Position numbers and translations under genes: made by a program
Assembly (NCBI RefSeq): GCF_009914755.1
Contig: NC_060933.1
From: the human T2T-CHM13v2.0 reference genome, Homo sapiens
Direction: 5' to 3' (one strand)
Length of the DNA: 64,000 nucleotides
In this document: piece after piece, positions 12,480-32,606 of the stretch
Layout: every line of letters begins with the position of its first letter
Position numbering within the stretch: the stretch's first letter is position 1
Notes under the pieces: model-generated
The model's database searches: none
What the model saw: the letters and a program-made list of their open reading frames with translations, nothing else
Told to the model about the DNA's origin: nothing

Positions 12480-13890
12480 TTAAAGGTTCTAGAATGGGAA
12501 TCTGGGTCAAAGAATATGGATCTTTTACAAAGTTCTTGATATGTTGCCAAATTGCTTTCTAAAAAATACATACTGGTTTAGACTCTTAATAGGAGTGTAC
12601 GATCATGCTTATTTTTGAAACAACCTCACCAGCCTTAAATTTTGTATTTTCATAACTTTTCTAGTAGAATAAAATGATATATCATTGAAATTGTTAACTT
12701 TTTGTATTATAGCAGTAAAAGTGAATTGTTTCACATATTTATTGGTATTTATATTTCTGCTTCTGAGATTTGTCTGCACATTGTACTTTTTTCCATTGAA
12801 GTTTCAGTGTTTTCATTATTGATTTAAACTACTACATGCTTTTTGTCAGATATATTGAAATATTTTTCTACTTTATAATTTACCTTTCATGTTTTGATGG
12901 CTTCTGTTGTGTAGACTCGAATTTTTCATGTAGTCAAATATCCGATGTTGATTCCTTTGTGGTTTAGGCCATTGATTTTATACTTAGACAATTATTCCTT
13001 CAGCTCAAGAACAAGTAAATAGTTCCCTAAATAAACTCCTAGTTTTTTAACCTGCACTTTGGCAAACTTTTGCCATATTTCAGGCACATGTTTTAGTAGT
13101 CATTGGTTTGTCTTACAGTGAACACTTTTCACATTTAATATCTGGAATTTATTTTAGTATATATTGCAAGTTGACAATTTAACTTAAGTTTTCACAGTTA
13201 ACCAACGTATTGAATGATTTTTCCTTTACATATTGCAATGTGATGTCAACTTTATTATTTACATCAGTTTTATAAGTAAGAGATAGTATATATTTCTGGC
13301 TATTTATTTTGTTTCAAAGATATGCTCATAAACATTTACACTAGTAATACTGTGTTTTATGTGCTGTTTTAATGTCTGATGGGGCAAGTTCTTGAATTAG
13401 GACTCTTTTGGTTAAAAGAAAGAAAAACTTATTTAAGTTACTTTAAGAAAAAGGGAGAATATCCATGGACCCTGTGCCCAGAGGCAAGGATCTCTTTGAC
13501 AAGGAGAGAGAGCTACAGAGCCACTCCAATTGCATCCTTTTAGCTGGGAGAATGCTTAATAGCTGTTCACTCTTCCCCTCACCAATTTTCCTTTTTTTTT
13601 TTTTAATTTCCTCACTCTTTTCTATTTTTTTTTAAGCTAATCAACTGTAGAATCACCGTTTCAAGCTCCAAAAGGTATCCTATTTGGATTTTGATTGGAG
13701 TTGCATTAAACCTATAAATTAATTTGAGAAGAACTGACATCTTTATAATAGTCATTGCTACCCAGGAACGTGTGAGGACTTCCCATTTATTCAAGTCTTC
13801 TTTTATGACCTTAAGTAAAATTTTGTAGTTTTACTTATATAGTTCCTGTCCATTTCTTGTTATGGTTATTCTGAAGTATTTATATCATTC
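12480..13890 (-). mobile_element. Degraded L1ME fragments
   Basis: Translation at 13612-13794 (LIYRFNATPIKI) matches the L1 ORF2 C-terminal region; T-rich plus strand. Confidence 0.65.
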
Positions 13891-14227
13891 ATTTCTAAGC
13901 CAATTACAATCTGACTTCTATCTATTAATCTTAATTCTTTTGTTACTAAAAAAAAGAGGGGGGAAGTAGCGGAAATTATTTGAAGGACATTAAGGAAGCT
14001 CATAGAATTAAGTGAATAGAATTAAGATTCAAAAAAAGGTGGGGCAGATATTTCTCTTTCACAGGAGTGCATGCGCCTGCTCTCTCTCTCCATTGCTCAT
14101 GTTTCATCTCTACATATCTCTGTATATTTACTTCATTCTGATATTTCCATCATTCAGAAGGAAAAAAAGATGTTTTCTCATTAGTTGCAGACAGAAAAAT
14201 TCCATGCAAATGTTCAGATTGGTCTAG

Positions 14228-14557
<330 letters not shown>

Positions 14558-15456
14558 ATATGCCTACTATTGAATGCTGCCTATCTCTACAGCCAGGAAG
14601 ATGTGATGCTATAATTAGCACAACCTGAATCATGTGCCTGCTCCTGTGGACAGAGAAGCAGGATTTGTTGCCAGATGTAGAAGAGAAAGGCATTCCGGGC
14701 AGACAATAGCCACGGCATCCACTGACATTGTTGCTGTCAAATTTGCCTGTGATCACCTTTTTGCTAATTACAATGAATACTTTTCAACTCTTGGAATTAT
14801 TTTAGTCTCTGAAGACTTTGATGCTGTTGACAACTTCTTGAAATTCCCTTCTCCTTTTGTTTTAGTAATGAATTTTCTTGTGTTTTTTCCTCTCTTTAAC
14901 TCCTGCTCTTCATTTTTATTCCCTTTTTTAGAACCTTTTTTCTTTTACTCACCCTTGTTATTGGTTTTATCCAGGCTTCCATCTTTGATTTATTTATCTT
15001 CTCCTTCTAGAGTACATTATTCTGGATTATCTCATCTAATCCTATGGCTTCAATTATAACCTGCCCATGGATGATTCTCAAATCTCTTCCTCCAGGCCAG
15101 CTCTCACTTTGGGTGTTTAGGCTCAGCCTCTAGTAATAAGGAACTCACTGATTTAGCTACAAGGAAAAATGGGGGGTTGAACTATCTCTTGGCCACAGGA
15201 GACACTGAACATATTGTTAATACTCTAGAAACTGTGTCCTATAAAATAGTTTATTTTTAAACCTCTGCTATTCTTGAACACTTTGTTGTGCTTTCAAAGG
15301 AAGAATGTTTTCTCATTATTTGTACTTCATTTCTAATGATCTGATAGAAGCCAGAACAAGGCATAATAATTAGAAAAAAATGCTGGAATGGGTATCTAAC
15401 TCAGGATTACGGTGGGGATCCAGTGAGATAATTGATACATGTAAAAAGTATTTGAT

Positions 15457-15508
15457 AAGTCATAAACAGCCATATATTACCAAAGTCATAAACAGCCATA
15501 TATTACCA
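15457..15508. repeat. Perfect 26-bp tandem duplication
   Basis: AAGTCATAAACAGCCATATATTACCA x2. Confidence 0.95.
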
Positions 15509-15589
15509 ATTTGGACCAAACAAGGTACCCTCTCTCTCTAAGAGATCCTGAGTGATTTCATTAGTCATTTAAATTTAATTTGATGCACA

Positions 15590-17810
<2,221 letters not shown>

Positions 17811-18252
17811 TACCCCATTTTCTCATTTATACAGCAGTTATTTGCTTATTATAGAAATGATAAAATAACTCTAAGGCTGCAACCTAAATAATGATTTTGT
17901 CTGAAGCAAAATATGAGCTTGGTGCTACCTCATAAATGGCAGCACAGTACAAAAGTCCTGGAGGGCAGAAAGTGGGAGGACTGGGAGGTAGAACAGAAGT
18001 CACACTTAAGGCATTAGTCTCCCATTTGGGAACTCAAACACATAACGTGGATTTTCCAATACCAGACTTAGTTATCTTCAAAAGTTGTTAAACTAATGTC
18101 CCGATGTAACCAATATCTCTTTGAGATATAAGCATGAAACAGTTCTATGGCTTCCAAAAACTACCACCACTGTGCTCAGTTGAAATGCTCTTTGTCATTG
18201 ACTGGCTTTCCTCATCAATGTCTTATCCCATAATGATTAGTTACTCTCAAAT

Positions 18253-18254
18253 AT

Positions 18255-18285
<31 letters not shown>

Positions 18286-18600
18286 TTTGAGACAGGCTGT
18301 CACTCTGTCACCCAGGTTGGAGTGCAGTGGCACAACTGTAGCTCACTGCAGCCTCAATCTCCCAGGCTCAAGTGATCCGCCTGCCTAAGCCCCCATTGAC
18401 CATCCCGCAGCTCCCCACCTCAACCTGAGTAGCTGAGAGTATAGACACGTGCCACCACACCCAGCTGATTTTTGTATTTTTTGTAGAGATGGAGCTTTGC
18501 CATGTTGCCCAGGCTGGTCTTGAACTCCTGGCCTCAAACTATCCTCACGTCTAGGCCACCCAAAATATTGGAATTACAGGTGGGAGCCACCGTGCCTGGC
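18253..18600 (-). mobile_element. AluJ with a short internal insertion
   Basis: Dimer with (TTTA)n tail; TSD TACTCTCAA(A/T)TATT; extra C-rich segment about 18388-18425. Confidence 0.88.
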
Positions 18601-18660
18601 CTACTCTCAATTATTAAAGTCATCCCCTTTAGGCTGTAAAGTGCTGTTTCCTTTAGTTTA

Positions 18661-18936
<276 letters not shown>

Positions 18937-19018
18937 TCACAGATCTTTCCTTTACTCTTGGTTATGAAGGTTATGCAGTGCACAACTCTAGAAGGCTCGA
19001 TACACTTTGCATTTATAA

Positions 19019-19184
19019 CAGTATTTCTCAACATTTGATGCAATTAAAAAATAATTGAGAGTCCTCTTTAAAGGTAGATTATGATTCAGTAAGTCTGGGA
19101 TAGAAGCTGAGATTCTGCATTTCCAAAAAACTCTCAGGTAATGCTGATGCTGCTGGTCTGGAGACCACACCTTTGAGTAGCAAG
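19019..19184. mobile_element. MER5-like hAT MITE
   Basis: TGATTCAGTAAGTCTGGG...TGATGCTGCTGGTCTGGAGACCACACCTTTGAGTAGCAAG. Confidence 0.75.
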
Positions 19185-19280
19185 AGCCTACGTAATTGAT
19201 GCCTCTGGAAGGTTGTAATTCCATCATGTGTGGCCTTACATGGAAGCCCTACGTTGTTTGCCTCCCCCAAGGTTTGCAAG

Positions 19281-19445
19281 TTTTATTTTATTTTATTTTA
19301 TTTTATTTATTTTATTTATAATGGAGATGAGGTTTCTTTCACTATGTTGTCCAGGGTGGTCTCAAACTCCTGGGCTTAAACAATCCTCCTACCTCAGCTT
19401 CCTGAGTAACTGGGACTACAGGCATGAGCCACCATACCCAGCTCC
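19281..19445 (-). mobile_element. FLAM (free left Alu monomer)
   Basis: Single monomer with (TTTTA)n tail. Confidence 0.8.
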
Positions 19446-20069
19446 CAAATTTTCAATATTCTTCCAAACATGTTCTACGTGTATGTAAGCATATACATAC
19501 ATAAATATATATTTAATTATATACACATATGATAGCATATTACATACATTGTACTACATTTTGTTCTCCACCCATTACCCTTCCCCAACTTAATATGACT
19601 TGGAGCCTGTTCCATACTGGTAAGTGTAGAGCTGCCTTGTCTTTTTAGTGATAAAATATTATTACATTGCACAGTGTAACTGTCCTTTAGGAAATGAGTT
19701 TTCAAATGGCAGGAAAGCAGGCGACCCCTCTGACACGCTTGGTCTCAGCTCTGCCTCCCTCTCCCTCTGACACTTGTCTTCTTGTTCCAGCAGTATCTGG
19801 CCTGACACATCTATCCCACCTCTCCCCCATTGAAGAGATAAAAACGGGAAGACATGGTTACACCACAGTTCTGTACTTCCCTGAACAGATGACCAAGATT
19901 AGTCAAACCTTATATGTAAGTGTCTGGTGCTACAGCCGGCAGTTTACTGACTTAATATATTGCATCTGTTTTCAGCTATGGGGTCCAAGAATATATAAAA
20001 GATACATCTAGGCCCTGTTCACCACCATTTTACATATACTAGTTATGATCCATTTGGCATACCTCTCTC

Positions 20070-20355
20070 CATTTTTTTTTTAAGATAGGATCTTGCTCTG
20101 TTTCCCAAGCTGGAGTGCAGTAGCATGATTCCAGCTCACTGCAACCTTGAACTCCTGGGCTCAAGTGATCCTCCCATCTCAGCCTGGAGTAGATAGGACT
20201 ATACCCAGATAATTTTTTTTAATTATTATTTTTTGTAGATGTGAAGATCTCACTGTGTTGCCCAGGCTCATCGTGTAATCCCGGCTTCAAGCTATCCTCC
20301 CACCTTGACTTTCCAAACTTTTGGGATTACAGGCATGAATCATTGCACATGGCCA
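20070..20355 (-). mobile_element. AluJ (internally deleted)
   Basis: Alu dimer motifs with J diagnostics. Confidence 0.85.
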
Positions 20356-20460
20356 TGTTATATTTTATATTCACCATTATTATATTATAATTATGTTATA
20401 ATTATAATATTTTATATATATAATATATATTTATATAAAATATATAATATTATATATATA

Positions 20461-20610
20461 ATTATTTTTATAATTATATATAAAATATAATTATTTTTAT
20501 AATTATATATAAAATATAATTATTTTTATAATTATATATAAAATATAATTATTTTTATAATTATATATAAAATATAATTATTTTTATAATTATATATAAA
20601 ATATAATTAT
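20461..20610. repeat. Pure-AT minisatellite, 29-bp unit x5
   Basis: ATTATTTTTATAATTATATATAAAATATA at 20461, 20490, 20519, 20548 and 20577, within an AT-rich tract 20358-20645. Confidence 0.92.
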
Positions 20611-21010
20611 ATTACAATTCACCATTTTATATTCAGTTATTATTACTATTGGTGGGGTGAAAGAAGAACTATATATTTCTTATGTTCTTTCAAGAACCTT
20701 TACTAATCTATTTGTTAGTAATAGCATTGATAAATTATTACAGAGAGATGGATAAATCATGTGCCAATGGGCTAAAATATGGATAGGGCCAGATTCTAGA
20801 ATGGCTCTATTAGTAGTAAAATTCTGGTATTCAGAAAATCCTTTAACTTTGCAGTGCCCTAGTATAGAACCATTAGCTGAGAAACAAAAGTATACAGAGA
20901 AAAGAGTTAAGATTACTAAGGTACAGTATTATTTCTCATTCATTATTACCTTTTAATATATTAACTCTGGAAGTTTTTTCAATCTGATGGTTTATCATTT
21001 TGGCTGATTA

Positions 21011-24629
<3,619 letters not shown>

Positions 24630-24677
24630 TTATTCTGCTCGTTAGTTGATGCAGTTTCTTCCTAGTCTTGATGGTCT

Positions 24678-25694
24678 TTATATTTTGGCATGATTTTGCA
24701 GCGGCTGGTACCGGTTGTTCCTTTCCATGTTTAGCGCTTCCTTCAGGAGCTCTTTTAGGGCAGGCCTGGTGGTGACAAAATCTCTCAGCATTTGCTTGTC
24801 TGTAAAGTATTTTGTTTCTCCTTCGCTTATGAAGCTTAGTTTGGCTGGATATGAAATTCTGGGTTGAAAATTCTTTCCTTTAAGAATGTTGAATATTGGC
24901 CCCCACTCTCTTCTGGCTTGTAGGGTTTCTGCCGAGAGATCTGCTGTTAGTCTGATGGGCCTCCCTTTGAGGGTAACCTGACCTTTCTCTCTGGCTGCCC
25001 TTAACATTTTTTCCTTCATTTCAACTTTGGTGAATCTGACAATTATGTGTCTTGGAGTTGCTCTTCTCGAGGAGTATCTTTGTGGCGTTCTCTGTATTTC
25101 CTGAATCTGAACGTTGGCCTGCCTTGCTAGATTGGGGAAGTTCTCCTGGATAATATCCTGCAGAGTGTTTTCCAACTTGGTTCCATTCTCCCCATCACTT
25201 TCAGGTACACCAATCAGACGTAGATTTGGTCTTTTCACATAGTCCCATATTTCTTGGAGGCTTTGCTCATTTCTTTTTATTCTTTTTTCTCTAAACTTCC
25301 CTTCTCGCTTCATTTCATTCATTTCATCTTCCATTGCTGATACCCTTTCTTCCAGTTGATGGCATCGGCTCCTGAGGCTTCTGCATTCTTCACGTAGTTC
25401 TCGAGCCTTGGTTTTCAGCTCCATCAGCTCCTTTAAGCACTTCTCTGTATTGGTTATTCTAGTTATACATTCTTCTAAATTTTTTTCAAAGTTTTCAACT
25501 TCTTTGCCTTTGGTTTGAATGTCCTCCCGTAGCTCAGAGTAATTTGATCGTCTGAAGCCTTCTTCTCTCAGCTCATCAAAGTCATTCTCCATCCAGCTTT
25601 GTTCCGTTGCTGGTGAGGAACTGCGTTCCTTTGGAGGAGGAGAGGCGCTCTGCTTTTTAGAGTTTCCCGTTTTTCTGTTCTGTTTTTTCCCCAT
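24678..25694 (-). CDS. LINE-1 ORF1p (RNA-binding chaperone), intact 338 aa
   Basis: MGKKQNRKTGNSK...; coiled coil, REKG, ARR and YPAKLS motifs present; canonical length. Confidence 0.95.
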   Translation of the reverse strand: MGKKQNRKTGNSKKQSASPPPKERSSSPATEQSWMENDFDELREEGFRRSNYSELREDIQTKGKEVENFEKNLEECITRITNTEKCLKELMELKTKARELREECRSLRSRCHQLEERVSAMEDEMNEMKREGKFREKRIKRNEQSLQEIWDYVKRPNLRLIGVPESDGENGTKLENTLQDIIQENFPNLARQANVQIQEIQRTPQRYSSRRATPRHIIVRFTKVEMKEKMLRAAREKGQVTLKGRPIRLTADLSAETLQARREWGPIFNILKGKNFQPRISYPAKLSFISEGETKYFTDKQMLRDFVTTRPALKELLKEALNMERNNRYQPLQNHAKI

Positions 25695-26598
25695 CTTTGT
25701 GGTTTTATCTACTTTTGGTCTTTGATGATGGTGATGTACAGATGGGTTTTTGGTGTGGATGTCCTTTCTGTTTGTTAGTTTTCCTTCTAACAGACAGGAC
25801 CCTCAGCTGCAGGTCTGTTGGAATACCCTGCCGTGTGAGGTGTCAGTGTGCCCCTGCTGGGGGGTGCCTCCCAGTTAGGCTGCTCGGGGGTCAGGGGTCA
25901 GGGACCCACTTGAGGAGGCAGTCTGCCCGTTCTCAGATCTCCAGCTGCGTGGTGGGAGAACCACTGCTCTCTTCAAAGCTGTCAGACAGGGACACTTAAG
26001 TCTGCAGAGGTTACTGCTGTCTTTTTGTTTGTCTGTGCCCTGCCCCCAGAGGTGGAGCTTACAGAGGCAGGCAGGCCTCCTTGAGCTGTGGTGGGCTCCG
26101 CCCAGTTCGAGCTTCCCGGCTGCTTTGTTTACCTAATCAAGCCTGGGCAATGGCGGGCGCCCCTCCCGCAGCCTCGCTGCCGCCTTGCAGGTTGATCTCA
26201 GACTGCTGTGCTAGCAATCAGTGAGACTCCGTGGGCGTAGGACTCTCCAAGCCAGGTGCGGAATATAATCTCGTGGTGCGCCGTTTTTTAAGCCCGTCGG
26301 AAAAGCGCAGTATTCGGGTGGGAGTGACCCGATTTTCTAGGTGCCGTCTGTCACCCCTTTCTTTGACTCGGAAAGGGAACTCCCTGACCCCTTGCGCTTC
26401 CCAGGTGAGGCAATGCCTCGCCCTGCTTCGGCTCGCGCACGGTGCATGCACCCACTGACCTGCGCCCACTGTCTGGCACTCCCTAGTGAGATGAACTCGG
26501 TATCTCAGATGGAAATGCAGAAATCACCGTCTTCTCCATCGCTCACGCTGGGAGCTGTAGACCGGAGCTGTTCCTATTCGGCCATCTTTGCTCCTCCC
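25695..26598. promoter_or_regulatory. L1 5'UTR CpG-rich bidirectional promoter (sense on minus, antisense on plus)
   Basis: YY1 core AAGATGGCCG near the 5' end; many CpGs retained; antisense donors CAG|GTGCGG (26255), TAG|GTGCCG (26340) and CAG|GTGAGG (26404). Confidence 0.8.
26150..26458 (+). pseudogene. L1 ORF0, disrupted by a premature stop
   Basis: ATG at 26150 (MAGAPPAASLPPCRLISDCCASNQ), then TGA at 26222-26224 (CGA>TGA); the same frame continues as track ORF 26231-26458. Confidence 0.8.
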
Positions 26599-26632
26599 TG
26601 CAACTAACTCCATTCTTAATTGGTAGGTGATT

Positions 26633-27546
<914 letters not shown>

Positions 27547-27559
27547 GTAATAGTCATTG

Positions 27560-29400
27560 AAAGATTTTATGCAGGGAAGCAGTCATTTTGATGGCATTGT
27601 GAAAGCATTGGAAAGCAGTGAGATGCAGGTGGGCAGATCAGTTAGGATATTGCATCAGTCTAGGCAAGAGATGGGAAGGGCTTGACTAAGGCAGTGACCA
27701 TCGGAGTGGTGCAATGAGATATGAGAGATAGCTCAGAGGTAAAAATTAATGGAGAGAGAGTGGATAAGTTGGCAACATTTTCCAGGTTTCTTGCTCAAGT
27801 GGCTGGGTGAATAATATGCCATCAAGGCCTGAAGTAAGAAATATAGGAAGATAATTCAGTTTTGTTTTCAAGATAATGAGTTTGGTTTTTTGAGATGTTT
27901 TCTTGGAGTACCTGTGGGACATCCTTATGGACAGGTTCAGTGGTAGCTAAATATCCAGATGTGGAGACGAGGAGATAAGAGAGGCTACAGACAATAACTT
28001 GTGAGCCATCAGCAATAATAACAGCAATAATAGTAGTTATGGTTAACACTTAACCTAGGGCTTATCAGGCGCCAAGCAATATTCTGAACCCTTTGGATGT
28101 CACATATCCTTACAATGACCTATGGTGTAGAAACTACTGTTATTCCCATTTTAAAGATGAGGAAATTGAGGCAGAGAAAAAATACCCAAAGTTACTCTCA
28201 GCCAGGAAGTGTAGAGTCAGGCTATGAGCCCATACAGTCTGGTTTTAGGGCATGTATCTTGACAAGGTGATTTGCCTCTTCATGTAGTTGGTAGTTAAAA
28301 TTATGGAAAAATATTCAGATCCCTTAGAAAGAAGATTTCTATAGGGTGAGAAGAAAAGAAGTCAGTATAAAATCTGAGGACATTTCAATACCAATATGTA
28401 GAGATCAGCAGAAAAAGAAGATCCGAAGAGACAGCAACAGTTTGGTTAGAATGATGGAAGGAAGACCAAGATGAGAAGTGGCCAACAGTATCAATGCCAC
28501 AGAGATACCAAGTAACAGACTCAGAAAAGTGTTCACTGGATGTGAAAAGTAGGAGAAAGCTGGTAGCCCCAGCAAGGGTCATTTTATTTGGGTTTGAGGG
28601 AGAAGGATCAGAAGTCAGATCATAGTGACTGGAGAAGTTAGAAAAAGAGCATACAGAAATAAAAGAAGAATTATGGCAGAGAAGGATATGAGAGGCAGAC
28701 AGTCAAAGAGAAAGAGAGAGAGAGAGAGCAATTTGGGCAAAAATTATGGGGACATTCCATGACAAGACTGTGATTAAAATGGAGTGGTTGAACATGTTCA
28801 TAGACCACGGGAAAGGAGTCAGCAGAAGAGGGGAGGTTTAAGACAGAGAGGAATAATTTGAGAAGGGATGTTTTAGAGAAATTAGAGAAGTAGAATTAAG
28901 AGCACAGCTGGAGAGCTAAGGAGGCTGTGGAGATGTTTGGCAATGGCAACTGAAAATGATGGCATTCACTCTGATGTTCTTGGTCTTCTCTGAGAAGTAC
29001 GGAAGCAAAGTTATCTGAAAAATGTGGTAGAGGAGAATGGGTTGGGAGACAACCAAAGACTAGTAAAAGGACTGAGAAGTAGCATGAAGGGCTCAATAGA
29101 CAGGAGAAACATTGAAATTGTAGTGTCAGCACCACTTAAAGATGTATGATAGTCTCCAATGTGCTGAGTTCTGTAGGAGGAAGAGTAGACAACATGTATT
29201 ATAAGATTGTCTCAAGACTGGGTTTTGCAGCAGGCTGTGATAGAAAAACCTGACTTGGTTGTGAGGAGTGGGGAAAGGGAGGTGTTAAAAATGAGGGAAT
29301 TTAAATGGTTGGGAGGCAGTTGTTCACTTGATGGGCCAAGGAGCACAGACTAGGCAGGTAATTAAAGTCTAAGAGGGAACTGTTAAACTGAGATATTCTC
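27560..29400 (-). mobile_element. L2 fragments with an intervening MIR (about 28020-28260)
   Basis: Purine-rich L2-antisense motifs; MIR core CCCATTTTAAAGATGAGGAAATTGAGGCAGAGA. Confidence 0.6.
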
Positions 29401-30062
29401 AGTGTCCTTCTTTTTCTCACTATCTCTCTTCCTACTGTTTTACATTTTGTCACACTGGGAAAAAGAGGTCAATATTTAGAAAATCAGCCATTGTGTCTAA
29501 TTTTCATATTGCTAAACATAGGATACATTGAGTACATATTGCTGCAAGCCCTATGGAAGTTAATTCAGTAATACCAGATTACAAAGGCATTTACACTTAG
29601 ACTCAGAAATTCTACTTCTGTCACTTTATCCTACAGATATACTTAGGCAGGTACAAAATGATGTGGGCAAAAGCACCACTGTTATTAGTAAAAGCTTGGA
29701 AACCTCTGAAATGGCCATCAAAAAATGCTGCTGTAAAAGAAAGAATGAGGAAATTCTTTATATATTGACATGAAAAGATAACCAAGATTAAGTGAAAAAA
29801 AGGCAAGGTACAAAACAGTGGTAGAGTATGCACCTTTTGTCTATGAAAAATGGGGAATTATGAATATGTATGATATTTGCCTTAGTTGCACAAAGAACTA
29901 CTGAAAATATCTACAAGTAGTGGATGGGACATGATTTCACAGTAAACTTTTTATATTGTTTTTATTTTTTAAATGTGGCTGTGTTGCTAAACATAAAGTG
30001 GAAATATATGTGTGTGTGTGTGCATATATGTGTGTGTGTGTGTGTATAATTACAAGCTACAT

Positions 30063-30640
30063 TGTGATAGCCATGGAGATGCACAGTCCAGATCCCATTA
30101 CAAGGAATTAATTACTGCCCAGCTGTGGAGAACGTAGTCTGCACAAAAGCCTCCAGCTGTCAGCTCCTTTAGGGTCAGCCTCGGGGGTAAAGAGCCATCT
30201 TAGCCAAAGTCATGCCCTTCCCAAGGCAGCTTACATTTGGTGACTGAGAGAAGCAAGGGAATAAAGACTGGGACATTTTAGTCTGGGACAACTCCGAAGG
30301 GCAATATTAGCCTCCTAAGCTCCCAGCCAGGGTGACTGGGGACTTTGTCCAGCCTGCATCTGGTTTCAGCTTTTTTCCTGCTCAATTCTGCTTCCTCTCC
30401 CCACTCCCCAACACGTTTGACAGATATTTATACCTTTTTATTTCTATTTTTAAATTTTTTTTTTTAGAGGTGGGGGTCTCATTATATTGCCCAGGCTGGT
30501 CTTGAACACCTGGGCTCCCTGCCTTGGCCTCCCAAAGTGCTAGGATTACAGGCGTGAGCCACGGCACCCAGCCAGATATTTATCCCTGATAAACGTCTTG
30601 CAACCCAAACTTTGGCTCAGAGCCTGCTTTTGGAAGAGTC
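30063..30640 (+). mobile_element. LTR16C-like ERVL LTR containing a minus-strand FLAM (about 30435-30572)
   Basis: TGTGATAGCCATGGAGATGCAC...CCTCCAGCTGTCAGCTCCTT; FLAM TSD CAGATATTTAT. Confidence 0.65.
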
Positions 30641-30927
30641 AGGAATATATTTTGATAACATTCTAAAGATTTAGTTTTCAATGCATAGTATACTTAATAG
30701 AAAAATCAAGACATTTAAACTTAAAGGAATAATTCAAATAACATAATAGAAAATTATTTGTATCCAGTTGTCTTGAGTCTAATGTATTTCAATATAACCT
30801 TTTAAAGTTACAGTTTTAACAGTAACACTTATAATGTATCTTATTCTCAGTAAACAAACTATAAAACAAAAGGTTTTTTACTTCTGACAATATCAAGGAA
30901 CAGTGGCTATGTTTGCAAATTAAATTA

Positions 30928-31205
30928 GGCTGGGTGTGATAGCTTCATGCCTGTAATCCCAGCTCTTTGAGAGGCTGAGGTGGGAGGATTGCTTAAAGTT
31001 AGGAGTTTGAGACCAGCCTGGGCAACATAGTGAGACTGCCTCTACAAAAAAATAAAAAACAAAAAATTAGTCAGACATGGTGGCACATGTCTGTATTCCT
31101 GAGCTCAGGAGTTTGAGGTTACAGTGAGCTGTGATCATGCACTGCACTCCAGCCTGAGTGACAGGGAAAGACCCTGTCTGAAAAAACAAGCAAGCAAACA
31201 AATAA
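30928..31205 (+). mobile_element. AluJ with right-arm deletion
   Basis: Alu motifs; jumps from TGTATTCC to TGAGCTCAGGAG. Confidence 0.85.
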
Positions 31206-31297
31206 ATAATATAAAAAATTAAGAGGCACTCTTTTCCTTAACGAAATATTTCTATCAGCGGTCCATATTACCTACTACATGTATGCATGTGTGCATG

Positions 31298-31298
<1 letters not shown>

Positions 31299-31340
<42 letters not shown>

Positions 31341-31343
31341 ACA
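31299..31343. repeat. (CA)n microsatellite
   Basis: Directly visible. Confidence 0.95.
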
Positions 31344-32091
31344 GTTTATGACTATGTTTGCAATCTTCCAATCTATCATCTATCCTTAATCACTTAATAG
31401 ACATTTTATTAAATGCTATGCATCAAAAACAATTCTAAGACATGGGCCCTCTTTTCAAAGAATTCAATATAGTTGCCACTTCAATAATGGTACCAGAATG
31501 CTTTTAAAATTCTTGTGTGAGGAAAACAATACGTAACCTCAAGCCTGAGACTGCTTCACGTATCACAGTATTTTCTGAAAGACTTTCCTTTTCAGACTTC
31601 TGCATTTTCCATTTCTCTAAAACACATTTTCTGTAAAAACCATCTCAAGTATCCTTACAAAGTGTACTTTATATGCTATTTTCTCCCAATCTTCATACTT
31701 GAACAAATAAACATGTAGGGATTATGTTTCTTTCTATTCTTTATTAATGTCATGAAGTAAATCACTAGTGGATGATGTCTTTTAAACTTGTTTTCCCAGT
31801 TACCTATTTTTTGTTGTTATTTTGTCTTAATGAGATCCACTGAGACAGTAAATTTCAAAGCACTTTTCCAACAGTGAAGTGAAAATATCAGCATTGTTGT
31901 TTTTATTAATTATTAATGAAATGAATGTATTAACTCTGTTTTCTCCTCAAGATTCTGCAGAAAATCTAATTTTAAAAGTTCTATATTTAAATAACATATG
32001 TTTTCCTTTTAAAAAGTTCTATATTTCTAGACCCATATATAAATAAAAAATAGTTTATAGTATTAAATTTATATCTATTTGTGAGACAAGG

Positions 32092-32132
32092 TTGACTAAG
32101 TGATCTGACATATTGACTAAGTGATCTGACAT
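32092..32132. repeat. 21-bp-period tandem duplication
   Basis: TTGACTAAGTGATCTGACAT at 32092 and 32113. Confidence 0.9.
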
Positions 32133-32436
32133 CTAGTATGACCATAGAAACACCTACTTTATTAAAAGAGGTAAAAAGTAATAGTTCAATTAATACTGAT
32201 TCTATTTAATGGTTCAACAAATCAGACCTCAATTAGAAAGAGCTATTCATTTCTCAGTGCATATTATCTACTAAGCATTTTAAGGGCTCCAAAAACAAGT
32301 AGGGCTTCATCAGTCTTTCTGAAGAGTTTATAAGTTTATAATATATTCAAGAGGAATAAGGCAAATAAGCAGGAAGGGAGAGATAAATCCCATAAAGAAG
32401 GAACCTTATAGTGGAGAGCTTCAAATGCCAGAGTGA

Positions 32437-32606
32437 TTTCTTTTCTTTTCTTTTCTTTTCTTTCCTTTCTTTTTTTTTTTTTTTCTCATGGAGATGAGGT
32501 CTCGCTTTGTTGACCAGGCTGGTTTCAAACTCCTGGCCTCAAGCAATCCTCCTGACTTAGCATCCCAATGTGCTGGGATTACAGGCGTGAGCCATTGTGA
32601 CCGGCC
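32437..32606 (-). mobile_element. FLAM_C-like monomer
   Basis: Single left monomer with (TTTTC)n/T tail. Confidence 0.8.
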
